The notes beneath the pieces were generated by a model. The model did no database searches. It worked only from the letters and a program-made list of their open reading frames with translations, and had not been told where the DNA came from. Both the position numbers and the translations under genes were made by a program. 64,000 nt of DNA from NCBI GenBank assembly GCA_964270895.1, contig OZ185446.1. The stretch is one strand, 5' to 3'. The DNA comes from Podarcis filfolensis. Lineage: Eukaryota. Below are positions 12,755 to 24,700 of this stretch, piece after piece (the stretch's first letter is position 1; every line of letters begins with the position of its first letter).

Positions 12755-12968
12755 ATTTTATTGATTGCATTTGTATCCCACCGTTTTCCTTCAAAGGGCT
12801 GAAGGTGGCAAACGTGGTTTTCCCCGCACTTCTCACTGAATCCACACAACAATCTTGTGAGGTAGGTTAGAGTTGAGAGATGGTGACTGGTCCAAAATCA
12901 GTGAGTGGGGGATTTGAACCCCAAACCTCCCAAGTCCTTGTCTGACCTCTGACCACCACATCACACTG
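12755..12968 (-). mobile_element. Old MIR/Ther1-Squam3-like SINE
   Basis: Core tccacacaacaatcttgtgaggtaggttag and B-box-like gatttgaaccc. Confidence 0.6.
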
Positions 12969-13067
12969 CATTGCATCAGGAAAAAAGAGATATTGCAAAA
13001 ATGTATTTTAGGTAAGAATCCATATGAAAATGAGCATGGTATGGGCAGTATTCACATTGCTGGGATG

Positions 13068-13207
13068 GCTCAGTCAGTAGAGCATGAGGCTCTGAAACTC
13101 AAGGTCCTGGGTTCGAGCCCCATGTTGGGGGAAAATATCCCTGCATTGGAGGGGGGTGAACTAGATGGTTCTCAGGGTCACTTCCAGCTCTGCAAATCTG
13201 TGGTTCT
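13068..13207 (+). mobile_element. tRNA(Lys)-headed SINE with CR1-like tail
   Basis: ggctcagtcagtagagcatgag...gggttcgagccccatgttggg head followed by a gaactagatg...ccagctct CR1-type tail. Sister copy at 27806-27957. Confidence 0.65.
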
Positions 13208-13219
13208 GTCTGCTGGCGA

Positions 13220-13706
13220 GACATCACCTTGCCAACAAAGGTCCGTATAGTTAAAGCCATGGTTTTCCCAGGAGTGATGTATGGAAGTGAGAGCTGGACC
13301 ATAAAGAAGGCTGATCGCCGAAGAATTGATGCTTTTGAATTATGGTGGTGGAGGAGACTCTTGAGAGTCCCATGGACTACAAGAAGATCAAACGTATCCA
13401 TTCGGAAGGAAATCAGCCCTGAGTGCTCACTGGAAGGACAGATCCTGAAGCTGAGGCTCCAATACTTTGGCCACCTCATGAGAAGAGAAAACTCCCTGGA
13501 AAAGACCCTGATGTTGGGAAAGATGGAGGGCACAAGGAGAAGGGGACAGCAGAGGACGAGATGGTGGGACAGTGTTCTCGAAGCTACCAGCATGAGTTTG
13601 ACCAAACTGTGGGAGGCAGTGGAAGACAGGAGTGCCTGGCGTGCTCTGGTCCAGGGGGTCACGAAGAGTCGGGCACGACCAAACGACTAAACAACAAGAA
13701 CAACAA
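13220..13706 (+). mobile_element. BovB (RTE) LINE 3' fragment, open frame 13229-13690
   Basis: LPTKVRIVKAMVFPGVMYGSESWTIKKADRRRIDAFELWWWRRLLRVPW...; (caa)n tail. Confidence 0.96.
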
Positions 13707-13707
13707 T

Positions 13708-13952
13708 TTATTATTTATACCACGCCCATCTGGGCTGGGTTTCCCCAGCCACTCTGGGCGGCTTCCAACAGAATATTAAAATACAATAGTCTATTAAACA
13801 TTAAAAGGTTCCCTAAACAGGGCTGCCTTCAGATGTCTTCTAAAGGTCTGGTAGTTGTTTTTCTCTTTGACATCCGGCGGGAGGGCGTTCCACAGGGCGG
13901 GTGCCACTACCGAGAAGGCCCTCTGCCTGGTTCCCAGCAACTTGGCTTCTCG
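13708..13952 (-). mobile_element. L2 LINE 3' end
   Basis: Reverse complement of the L2 tail (ggctggggaaacccagccagatgggcg). Confidence 0.9.
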
Positions 13953-14284
13953 CCATTTTCGCAAGAACGACTTTGCCTTCTTTTTGCAAAAGGATCTGGA
14001 GATGTGCCGGAGTTGAGATTGGAAAGCAGAGAGGAGCCGAAATGGATAGAATCTGTCCGTCGCAAGGTGGTAGGTGACTCTGGATTCCTGCCATGAGTAG
14101 CCTCAGCAACGTGCCCACATTTTTGTCTGTGTAATGTGCAAAATGCCTCTTGTGGGAACAGGCATTTGAGAAATGAGGGAGGTTTCCCCCTTCTCATTTG
14201 CTTCCAAGATGCTGGACTTTCGGACAGCAAGCGCTTTTTGACAGTGGAGCCGACTGCTTCACTGGACGGTGTGTTGTTATTTTA

Positions 14285-14385
14285 GCAGAGGTTCAATGGC
14301 CGTCTGCCATGGATGTTTTGTTGAGATCCAGGGGGTTGGACTAGATGACCCCCGGGCGTCCCTTGCAACTCTACAATGCTATATT
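14285..14385 (+). mobile_element. CR1 3' tail fragment
   Basis: gcagaggttcaatggcc...gggggttggactagatgaccc...caactctacaatgctat. Confidence 0.7.
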
Positions 14386-14455
14386 TAAGGCAAGCAGATG
14401 AGGGAGTAGCTAAGAGCAGACTTAGTCCTAATGGACCAGCCTCCACTGCCTAGAC

Positions 14456-14692
14456 CAAGACTAGGCAAACTAAGGCCCGGGGGCTGGATCTGGCCCAATC
14501 ACCTTCTAAATCTGGCCCACAGATGGTCCGGGAATCAGCGTGTTTTTACATGAATAGAATGTGTCCTTTTATGTAAGATACATCTCTGGGTTATTTGTGG
14601 GGCCTGCCTGGTGTTTTTACATGAATAGAATGTGTGCTTTTATTTAAAATGCATCTCTGGGTTATTTGTGGGGCATAGGAATTCGTTCATTT

Positions 14693-14752
<60 letters not shown>

Positions 14753-15087
14753 GTGGTACCTCAGGTTAAGTACTTAATTCGTTCCGGAGGTCCGTTCTTA
14801 ACCTGAAACTGTTCTTAACCTGAAGCACCACTTTAGCTAATGGGGCCTCCTGCTGCTGCCATGCCACCAGAGCACGATTTCTGTTCTCATCCTGAAGCAA
14901 AGTTCTTAACCTGAGGTACTATTTCTGGGTTAGCGGAGTCTGTAACCTGAAGCATATGTAACCCGGGGTACCACTGTATATGTACACACACAGTGGTACC
15001 TCGGGTTACATATGCTTCAGGTTACATACCCACAAGGTCTGAGGGACAGTGGACCGGCCCCCTGCTGAAAAAGTTTGCTGACCCCTG
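14456..15087. mobile_element. hAT (Charlie-like) MITE with perfect 8-bp TSD gcctagac, carrying nested insertions
   Basis: TIRs caagactaggcaaact / agtttgctgacccctg; TSD at 14448-14455 and 15088-15095; uninterrupted sister copy at 32570-32821. Confidence 0.9.
14751..14976. mobile_element. Tc1/mariner (Tigger-like) MITE nested in the hAT MITE
   Basis: TIRs cagtggtacctcaggtta / taacccggggtaccactg, TA flank; sister copies at 20000-20218 and 61197-61442. Confidence 0.88.
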
Positions 15088-15221
15088 GCCTAGACAACCA
15101 GCCAAGAACAGCCTGGTTCCCTTCCCTGCTGCTTTTTCCTCTTGCTCTCCCTGAGTCACACAGCCAAGCAATTTGGCTTAAGTGGCACATCAGGTGACAG
15201 AATAGGAAATTAACATGGGCA

Positions 15222-15262
<41 letters not shown>

Positions 15263-15861
15263 TGCACACCCCTCATTTCGCCCTCAGGCATAAATTTCCT
15301 GAGCTAGTCAGGAAAGGAATAAGTTTTGGCTTGGCTGATCAGGCTAGAAAACAGAACAGCTTATTGCGCCGCCTCTCTTATCAGAGATGGTACATGTGTA
15401 TTTCTGAAAAACAGTTGGCAGAATTTGTTCTGCCAGGTTCGTCAGGAGAGGAAACTTATTTCAAAGATGTACACTTCCCCGAATTTTGCGGTGTGGTTCT
15501 CCATCCAAGTAATGAGTACAAAATAATAAAATGACAATAACAATGAGCAGGATCAACACAAACACGAGCAGCGATAAATTTAAAGGAATTATAAAGGACA
15601 AATGTGTAAAAAGGATAAATTTGGGTCTGAATTAAGAATGCGATAGGAAATAAGAAACCACAGAGGGGGTGGAGGGAGGCTGCAGAAAATATTATTTGAT
15701 TTGGGTAGATTTTTTTTTTTTAGTTGAATGTTGAAAAATGGGAAATAAAATTGATTTTAAAAAACCAAAAAACCAATAACCAATAGTATAGTGTTATGAG
15801 TTTGGGCAAGACCTCCTTGGAAGCGTTCTTGTGTTCACTATGACTGAGCTGTTTTTCTTTT

Positions 15862-15867
<6 letters not shown>

Positions 15868-15914
<47 letters not shown>

Positions 15915-15985
15915 TTATACCCCACCTATCTGGCTGGGTTTCCCCAGCCACTCTGAGTGGCTTCCATCTAAATATTAAAAACAAT
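15868..15985 (-). repeat. (AAT)n microsatellite fused to an L2 3' tail
   Basis: About 15 AAT units, then tttataccccacctatctggctgggtttccccagcc. Confidence 0.9.
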
Positions 15986-16373
15986 AAATAGATAACATCA
16001 CTGAAATTGGGTGCTTTGTTGTTTTACGGCTGCCCTACGTCTGACTCCAGTTCATGACAGTGAATTAATATGATTCGGCAGAGCAAAAAACTTGCTTTGC
16101 GCATAGAACACATGGGCGAGCCTTTTCCCACCCATCCACCCAGTTGCTACATGGGAGAACAATGGCCAGAGTGGTGGTGACTGGAGACAGACACAGAAAC
16201 ATGCTGGCTAAGTGTTGGACTTTGAGGCTCCTCTGGAAACCTAAAGGGGAAGCGAGATCTATGGGGGAGCCAATGCTCAGACCCCCTCCACCCGATGCTC
16301 AGGTTGTATGGAGGTGTACATAAAAACATATACCCAAAAGACGGCACAGGTCTCTGCTGACGTTCCTTCCTAT

Positions 16374-16612
16374 AGTGTGGTGTAGTGGTTAAGAGCGGTG
16401 GACTTGTAATCTGGTGAACCGGGTTCAATTCCCTGCTCCTCCACACGCAGCTGCTGGGTGACCTTGGGCCAGTCACACTTCTCTGAAGTCTCTCAGCCCC
16501 ACTCACCTCACAGAGTGTTTGTTGTGGGGGAGGAAGGGAAAGGAGATTGTTAGCCGCTTTGAGACTCCTTCGGGTAGTGATAAAGCGGGATATCAAATCC
16601 AAACTCTTCTTC
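16374..16612 (+). mobile_element. Squam3-like SINE (tRNA head, Ther1/MIR-derived), nearly full length
   Basis: gtgtggtgtagtggttaagagcggtggac A-box, gggttcaattcc B-box, ctcacctcacagagtgtttgttgtgggg core, aaactcttctt tail. Confidence 0.8.
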
Positions 16613-17519
16613 CTAGGAACAACGAACCCTCAGTCAGTGCTTGGAAACGCCTGGAATCTCTTGGAGATTGGGTTGGCGCGTAACATACTAGGGTAAAGTG
16701 TGAATACGAGTGCATATTATAGTGAAAAGGACGTGCTCAAATGCATTGTATTGGGGGAAAGTGCTTTGCATTAAATTGGAGAAATTCACATGCAAACGTT
16801 GGCGAAATTTCACGAGGATTAATTTTCAGAAAAAGTCACGTACTCATGTGGGAAATTGGGAGAACTGAAGTTAAGATTGGAAAGATGAGAAACAGAGGGA
16901 AACCAAAATGGATAGATTTGCCTGTCCCTCTGCTTTGCATGCAAATATCCCACATTCAATCCAGGAAGGGCTGGGAGATGCTCCTTGCTTGAAGTCCTTG
17001 AGAACATTCACCAGTCAGTGCAGATAATACTTAGCTATGAGTACCATCTGTGTATGCATGCTTTAAGGGGAAAAAAAATACAATTCTTAAAATAAATGTT
17101 GTGTGTCATTTCAAAAGAATAATAATAAAAAACCTCCTGTACATCACCTGGGTCTTTTTAGTGACAAAAGACAGTTCATAATTGAATGCAAACTTTAAAC
17201 CTTAAGCGGAAGGGATCTGTTCCTCCAAACTTGCATAATAGAGATGGCTATTTGTTCATGACTCATCCTCTCTCGTAATTCAGACTATAGGCTCAAAAGA
17301 GGCCAGGCAATGCGTGTGCTCTGGGAGGCGTTGGGTGGGAGAGCTACTTTCTGTTTACTCTCTGTTTACACACCTGGCATGTGAGCCAGATTTTAACAAC
17401 GGGAGAGATGAACAGGATGGTGACACTGGAAAATGAGATGCTGTCAATGTTTTGCTTCATCCCTATCCTTTCTTCGTGGCATGGGCAATCATGTTAATTA
17501 ACTACTACTACTACTAATA

Positions 17520-17860
17520 GATGCGGGTGGCGCTGTGGGTTAAACCACAGAGCCTAGGACTTGACGATCAGAAGGTCGGCGGTTCGAATCCCGACGACGG
17601 GGTGAGCACCCGTTGCTCGGTCCCTGCTCCTGCCAACCTAGCAGTTCAAAAGCACAAAAGTAGATAAATAGGTACCGCTCAAGCGGGAAGGTAAACGGCG
17701 TTTCCGTGCGCTGCTCTGGTTCACCAGAAGCGGCTTAGTCATGCTGGCCACATGACCCGGAAGCTGTACGCCGGCTCCCTCGGCCAACAAAGCGAGATGA
17801 GCGCCGCAACCCCAGAGTCGTCTGCGACTGGACCTAATGGTCAGGGGTCCCTTTACCTTT
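17520..17860 (+). mobile_element. Sauria SINE with TSD actactactactaata
   Basis: Family match; TSD at 17504-17519 and 17861-17876. Confidence 0.93.
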
Positions 17861-17902
17861 ACTACTACTACTAATAATAAAAACCAGCACTGTCCCAGGA
17901 TG

Positions 17903-18149
17903 TATAGTCGTACGTTGTATCTCGAATGCCTTGGCTCCCAAAGAAATCGGCTCCCGAACGATCAAAAATGAGTTTTCTGGTTTTCGAATGATTTTTGGAA
18001 GCCGAACGTCTGACGGGGCTTCTGTGGCTTCTGATTGGCCACAGGAGCTTCCTGCAGCCAATCAGAAGCTGTGCTTTGGTTTTGGAACATTTTGGAAGTC
18101 GAACGGACTTCCGGAACGGATTCTGTTCAACTTCCAAGGCACGACTGTA
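17903..18149. mobile_element. Tigger-like MITE (second subfamily)
   Basis: tatagtcgtac / gcacgactgta termini and internal inverted arms (gcttctgattggc / gccaatcagaagc). Confidence 0.75.
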
Positions 18150-18860
18150 TGGTGCTTTACGCAGTGGAAAGGAAGAGGTCATTGACTCTTCTGCCTTCTG
18201 TGACATGAGGGCAGCTCAGCCAATCGCTGCCAGTCACCAAGTGCATTTTGGTAGCCATAGCATCTATGCCGGTTTCAGTGCAATGATTTTTATTTTGGTT
18301 TAACAAAGTTAAATGTAAAGATCAGTCCCCTGAGAAGGGGGTAACCAGGACCATCAATGGCGAACTCAAAACCCGAGAACCTGCATTCCTGCACCAGCTC
18401 CCTGCTCTATAACTTGGCAAGCAGTGGACAGACCACAGGAGGTTTTCCTATTGTGGAGTCAAAGCAGAGAGCAAGCAAGCAAGCCAGGGAATGCCTCCCT
18501 GCTGTGAGGAAGGGCAGCTGTGCCATTGTGCAGGGACCCAGCTGGGCGATTGTCTTTGTCCCACACTTCCCTCCAGGCTGTCTCTCTCTCCCTTGTTCCA
18601 GCCAGTTTCGATCTGAAGCTACTGCCCCCCTAAGCAACCCCCTGTCACGGTTGAGGTCCCTGGCTCTCTGCTCTCTCCTGGAACACTGCCACTTAATGCT
18701 TGGGTCGAGATTTAAGGCTGTAATTTAAAGGTTTTAAAATATTTGCCCAAGCCTCCCTTCCCATTATTCTTATCCCACAGACCACCCCTGCGGCCTCCGT
18801 TGCGATTTAAACGAGGAAAAACTGACGTGGCGCGAGCTTTTGATTGCATTTAGCCGCAAC

Positions 18861-19201
18861 TGTGGGTTAAACCACAGAGCCTAGGACTTGCCGATTAGAA
18901 GGTCGGCGGTTCGATTCCCCGCAACGGGGTGAACTCCCGTTGCCCGGTCCCTGCTCCTGCCAACCTAGCAGTTCGAAAGCATGTCAAAGTGCAAGTAGAT
19001 AAATAGGTACCGTTCTGGCGGGAAGGTCAACGGCATTTCCGTGCGCTGCTCTGGTTCACCAGAAGCGGCTTAGTCATGCTGGCCACATGATTCGGAAGCT
19101 GTACGCCGGCTCCCTTGGCCAATAAAGCGAGACGAGCGCCACAACCCCATAGTCGGCCACGACTGGACCAAATGGTCAGGGGTCCCTTTACCTTTACCTT
19201 A
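18861..19201 (+). mobile_element. Sauria SINE, slightly 5'-truncated
   Basis: Family match from tgtgggttaaaccacagagcc to the acctttacctt tail. Confidence 0.92.
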
Positions 19202-19336
19202 TGCTATCTCCCTGTTCCCTGCAAGGGATTAAAGAGCTGGTGGATCTGTGAAGTTCCTGCCCCTTTTTCTCGTGATGACAACATTGCGAGGTAGGGTTAA
19301 GATGGAGAGGAAGAAGCCCACATGAGAAAGACGGGG

Positions 19337-19539
19337 TGACAATGTCTTGCTGTTGTTGTTTTAGTGTTTCTAATATTAACTTGTAAGATATGGATTTGTT
19401 TTTTGTTTTTGTTGTTGTTGTTGCTTTCTTTAGTTTCCGAATGTTGATTTTTGTGTATTGTGTATTGTTATTTTTTGATATCTTTCATGTTGTTGCTGTT
19501 GTTTGGAAAATACTAATAATGTTTTTTTTTTTAAAAAAA
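19337..19539 (+). mobile_element. Short retroposed T/GT-rich insert (L1 3' UTR-like) with poly(A) and 12-bp TSD
   Basis: agaaagacgggg at 19325-19336 and 19540-19551, with an A8 run before the second copy. Confidence 0.7.
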
Positions 19540-19999
19540 AGAAAGACGGGGAGTGTGAGCAAGCGAGGGTACAGGCTCTCTGTGCATGATCAGGAACTGC
19601 ACAAAGGCCACAACTCATTAGCAGAGCATGCAGGAGGTCCCAGGCAGGGCAGGGAGCAACTTTTCTGAAACTCTGGAGAGCCACTGCCAGCCAGAGTTGG
19701 CGATGTAGAGCTAGATGGGCCACAGGTCTGTCTCTCTATAAGGCAGCAATAGGGCATAATTAGCAAGAGCCCCTCTTCCCTTGCTAATCTTAACACTCAA
19801 AAGGGCTTGCAGCACAGATGTGGTCTTTCAGAAACTTTGGGGCCTAAGTTATGGTTACCAGATGTCCCCAGTCCCGGGGACAGTCCCTGGATTTACAAAT
19901 CTGTCCCCGGACAAAATCTGTCCCTGGAATGTCAGTTTCTACCCAAATGCGATTTTGGTTTTAAATGCAGTGTAAGGTAGTCTTTATGTGAGTATATTG

Positions 20000-20218
20000 T
20001 ACAGTGGTACCTTGGGTTACATACGCTTCAGGTTACAGACTCTGCTAACCCAGAAATAGTACCTCACATTAAAAACTTTGCTTCAGGGTGAGAACAGAAA
20101 TTGTGCGGCAGCAGCGGGAGGCCCCATTAGCTAAAGTGGTACCTCAGGTTAAGAACAGTTTCAGGTTAAGAACGGACCTCTAGAACAAATCAAGTTCTTA
20201 ACCCGTGGTACCACTGTA
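20000..20218. mobile_element. Tigger-like MITE
   Basis: tacagtggtacc / ggtaccactgta TIRs with TA flanks; opposite orientation to the 14751 copy. Confidence 0.88.
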
Positions 20219-20364
20219 TTCAGTTATGGGGTATCAGAGTTTTTAGGGGCTAACCAGGCTGGATAGCTGGGATAGCAGGCTTGTGGGTTTTTGAATGTCT
20301 GATGTAGATTTTTTCAGTTTCATTGTTCTGTATGGGACAATGACAATAATTATTGTATTGTATT

Positions 20365-20722
20365 GTATCGTAAGAGGAGATTGAGAGGAGATAGGTTGGC
20401 CATCTTCAACTATCTCAAGGGCTGTCACATGGAAGAGAGAACCAGCAAGTTTTCTCCTGGTCTGGAGGGTAGGACTCAAACCAACGGCTTCAAGTTACAA
20501 GAAGGGAGATTTCAATTTAACATTAGGAAAAACTTTGACAGCAAGAGCTGTTCAACTGTGGAATGGTCTCCCTCAAGAGGTTGTGGACTCTCCTTCCTTG
20601 GAGGTTTTTAAGCAAAGGTTGGATGGCCATCTGTCATGGATGCTTTAGCTGAGTTTTCTGCATTGCAGGGGGTTGGACTAGATGACCCCACAGAGTCCCT
20701 TTCAACTCTATGATTCTATGAT
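20365..20722 (+). mobile_element. CR1 LINE 3' fragment
   Basis: KRRLRGDRLAIFNYLKGCHMEE; attctatgattctatga tail. Confidence 0.9.
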
Positions 20723-21330
20723 TTTCCTTCTCATCTCTCTCCCCAAAAGATGGCTTGGTATCACTGCAGCACAACCAACCCTGCAGCACACTGCCTCTCC
20801 TCCCTTCTCTCTCACACGTGCACTATTTGGAATAAACTAGCATTGTTTACCCATGGTTGAACAGGATTTTTCACAACGTGGGTGGGAGGGAGCCCAGCAG
20901 TTTAGGCTGAATTACAGAGCTACCTACTAGTGCATCTTTAGGGAGTGTCAGACTGAAAAGCTGACATTTCATGCAGGATATCTTTAGGGGTCAGCCAAGG
21001 GCATAAAGAAGCAAAGAGATAGGGAGAAAAGCAAAGAGAAAATCTTGGTTCCCCACAAAACCATTCCCATGTGACCAGACAGGGCGGGATTCTGCCTGAG
21101 ATCCGGTTGCCGGAGCGTTTCCTAGCTACTGTGTTTGCAGTCCTGCCAGGGTGGTGGCGGTGGTGAGGGAACAGGCAAGGCTCTAGAACTGAGAAAGAAT
21201 CGTTCTTGGGAATGAGGAAAGAAGGGAAGGGAAAAAGAGAGAGGCAACAATTGTAAATACTAGTTTGAAATTGCCGTCTCGTTACACCAGAGACTGGCCT
21301 AAGATTGAATTGGGTAGGTATACGTTTCGC

Positions 21331-21333
<3 letters not shown>

Positions 21334-21371
<38 letters not shown>

Positions 21372-21905
21372 TTATTTACACCCACCCATCTGGCTGAGTT
21401 TCCCCAGCCACTCTGGGCGGCTTCCAATCAAGTGTTAAAAACAATACAGCATTAAATATTAAAAACTTCTCTGAACAGGGCTGCCTTCAGATGTCTTTTA
21501 AAGATAAGATAGCTGCTTATTTCCTTCACAACTGAAGGGAGGGTGTTCCACAGGGCGGGCACTACTACCGAGAAGGCCCTCTGTCTGGTTCCCTGTAACC
21601 TCACTTCTTGCAATGAGGGAACTGCCAGAAGGCCCTCGGCGCTGGATCTCAGTGTCCAGACTGAACGATGGGGGTGGAGACGCTCCTTCAGGTATACTGG
21701 GCCGAGGCCGTTTAGGGCTTTAAAGGTCAGCACCAACACTTTGAATTGTGCTCAGAAACGTACTGGGAGACAATGCAGATCTCTCAGGACCGGTGTTATG
21801 TGGTCCCGGCGGTTGCCCCCAATCACCAGTCTAGCTACCGCATTCTGGATTAATTGCAGTTTCTGCGTCACCTTCAAAGGTAGCCCTACACAGAGAGCAT
21901 TGCAG
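21334..21905 (-). mobile_element. L2 LINE 3' fragment with (AAT)n tail
   Basis: VLTFKALNGLGPVYLKERL...RHLKAALFREVFNI. Confidence 0.92.
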
Positions 21906-22225
21906 TAGTATATATAAAATGCCCAAGAATGGCAGTGGGAGGAATGAATAAGTACTTTTCCATCCTGGCAATATGAAACAGCTGACCAAAGTTCAAGTTC
22001 AGGCTCAGTTCGAGGTGCTGCTAGCAGTGCACAGAGTCCTATGTGTCTTGGGGCCAGGATTCCTAAAATATCACATCTTGCATATCCAACTGCCCCCTCT
22101 GCTCTGTAGGAGAAGGCCTCTAGCGTACGCCATCTCTTCAGGAGGTCCGTTCTGTTACCATGTAAGAATTAGGTGCTGTCCCACGCAACAGCCGTGGTGG
22201 TTGTATGAGGCAGTACGATTCTGAA

Positions 22226-22467
22226 TACAGTGGTACCTCTGGTTGCGAACGGGATCCGTTCCGGAGGCCCATTCGCAACAGAAAAAGAGCACAACCTGCA
22301 GCGGTGCATCTGTGCACGTGCGGGTTGTGATTCACTGCTTCTGCGCATGCGCATGACGTCATTTTGCGCTTTTGAGCATGCAGAGAAACCCGGAAGTAAC
22401 CCTTTCCGGTACTTCCGGGTCGCCACAGGACGTAACCTGAAAGAACGTAACATGAGGTATGACCGTA
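22226..22467. mobile_element. Tigger-like MITE (third subfamily)
   Basis: tacagtggtacctc / gaggtatgaccgta termini. Confidence 0.7.
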
Positions 22468-24499
22468 CCAGTTGCTGGAAGCTGCAAAGGGGAGAACGGC
22501 GTCATTCCACAGCTCCCCCCCCCCCGCCAGGCAAGGCCAAAGAGAAGGAATGACAGAATAAAAATGCATGCATCCAAATGAAATAAAACAAGCAATATTC
22601 TCTTGCCATCCTGCAAGTTACCTATGACGATTGTTATCGTTGGAAGACGATTTGATTTGGCAAGAGCAAGAGTAGAAGGCAAAAAGCCTCAACCCTCTCC
22701 TTTTCTGTAGCACCTCCAAACACGGAGGGGGCTGATTTCGACTCTTTAGCAATAACATACCCCAATATGCTCTTCGTGAAACAATGGGTGGACCGAAACG
22801 AAGCTACGGTTCAAAATTCACACTCCTCTGAATTTTGCAAGAGGTTGTAAGACGGTCTGAATCCGGTCAGTGTCTCGATGAGAGCGCCCCGCGAATTTTA
22901 CACATCCTGCTTTTGAGTTCCATGATGGGAAGAAAGGTGGATATTCAGTGCAATGGACAGATATTTTAGAGACAGCTGTTTCCCCCATCTTCTTGGCGAA
23001 TTTGCGATACCTACTCTCCCCTCCTCCTTTCGTGACTGATGGGGTGATAGCTGTTCCCCAAATAAAAGTTTTTTAAGAAGAGCAGGTGAATTTTAATCTT
23101 GAGGAGCTTGAAGGCATTTCCGCAGCTGAAAAGACTAGCTCAAGTCTTCCACCCAGTGGACTGAAAAAAGCCCTGCATGAAGCTTAAGAAGCCCCAGCCA
23201 ATTCCAGCTTCTCACTAGAGCAGAGCCTTTTTCGAACTTTTAAAGGCAAAAAATCGCCAGATTACAGATCGTGCAGAATTTATTCCTACTCCAGTGTGAC
23301 GTGCCAATAGCTGCACGTTCAGGAAGATCCTTTCAAAAATAAAATCATTTTTTTAAAGACTAGTTTAAAAAATGTTTGCCTTTAGTTGGAAAGTTAAATG
23401 AGAAAATGGGAAAATAGCCAGACTTGCATAAAGTACGATCCCAATATTGTTTTGGGCACTTTTTAATCATGTCTATAATTTCTCCAGAGTTCACCTTCTT
23501 CCCTTTTGGAACAACTTTTCTAACATTTCCTAAATCTAAACAAATATTTTGAAGTATTTAGACACAGTTTTCCTAAAACACCTAACTTAAATTAAGCTGA
23601 TTTTAGGGGGGGGCGGCATTTTTTTAAATAAAAAAAAGCCAGAAAGCAATACTGGAGCAATGGAAAAAATCAGTGACTTATTCAGCAGAATTCAGAAGTT
23701 AGTATGTTGCAAAGTTCATAGTAGTGGTGCAGATGGCAAGCAATGGGAATTAAGTTATGCCATTTAATTGGGAAATAAGAGGGGGGTTTTGGTGCGTGTT
23801 TTTAAAGGATAGTGTTCCCTTCCATTCTCCAAGATGCATGCACAAGTATCTGAACTGTTTAAAAAACCTTTTATTTGCAATAGTCAAGAAATCATTCAGG
23901 TCCCTGCCTGACAACACTCTGCCCTCTTCCCCGCAGGGTAGTAAGTTTCTCAAATACTGTGGAATTGTTCCAACGCATGAAAAAAAGTGTAAATAAGTTC
24001 CTTTATTATATTAACAAACAGTTCACCCTTTTGCATTTTCTCCCTTTCAGAAATGCCCAGCGACCCATTTTTAACAACAAAGTAGAATAAAAATAGCCCC
24101 CTTTTTTTTGGCATAGGTAGCCGATAAGATTTCAAGCAATCCCCCAACCCAAACTTCCTTCTATCTACTCAAAAGTGGGATTGTAGCACCTTTGAAATCA
24201 GAGGCAAAAACATTTGTTTTACCGCAGGGCAGTGAGGTTCTGTTTTATTTTTTAACTAATAGATCTATAGCACATTTTGTGGGTTGGAAAAATATATAGA
24301 CTACAGGTGTTTTACAATTCCCAAAGCTTTCAACTCTGCAATACAAGCCAGGGCTCTTTGATATGCAATTGCTCCAAAATCATCCTGATTCGTAATGATG
24401 CAAAGACATAGATTGCACAGACTAGACATTAGATGAGTTTGGGGAGTAAAATCTCTGCTTGGTTTTTCTTTTTTAAATGACAATGGCCAAACCAAAAGG

Positions 24500-24700
24500 A
24501 ACAGAACCACCCAAGCCATCCAAAGTAGCAGTTCCAATATGTATTTCTTGTAGTTCTTCCAAATCTCTGCGCATCTTTCTCTCTCCATTCAACTTTAAGA
24601 AAAAAAATTCTCCATACTTCATCAGTTTCTGCTCCCTTCTCCTCTCCTCAGTGGAAGTGAGAAACACCAGTAGATTTATCAAGTGAGAGGGATAGCTGGC
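24500..24700 (-). mobile_element. Decayed L1 ORF2 C-terminus/3' UTR remnant
   Basis: KLMKYGEF...EIWKNYKKYI across frames, and an atattggaactgctac motif shared with the 12.2 kb L1 tail. Confidence 0.4.

Noticed and set aside
13068-13140. tRNA-Lys-like sequence as a true tRNA gene
   Set aside because: The acceptor and anticodon stems are broken, it runs directly into a CR1-like tail, and a sister copy exists at 27806. It is a SINE head.
18780-18860. CpG-rich patch with TGACGTGG (UPRE-like) as a promoter
   Set aside because: Only about 80 bp, abuts a SINE and resembles a repeat remnant; too short for a CpG island.
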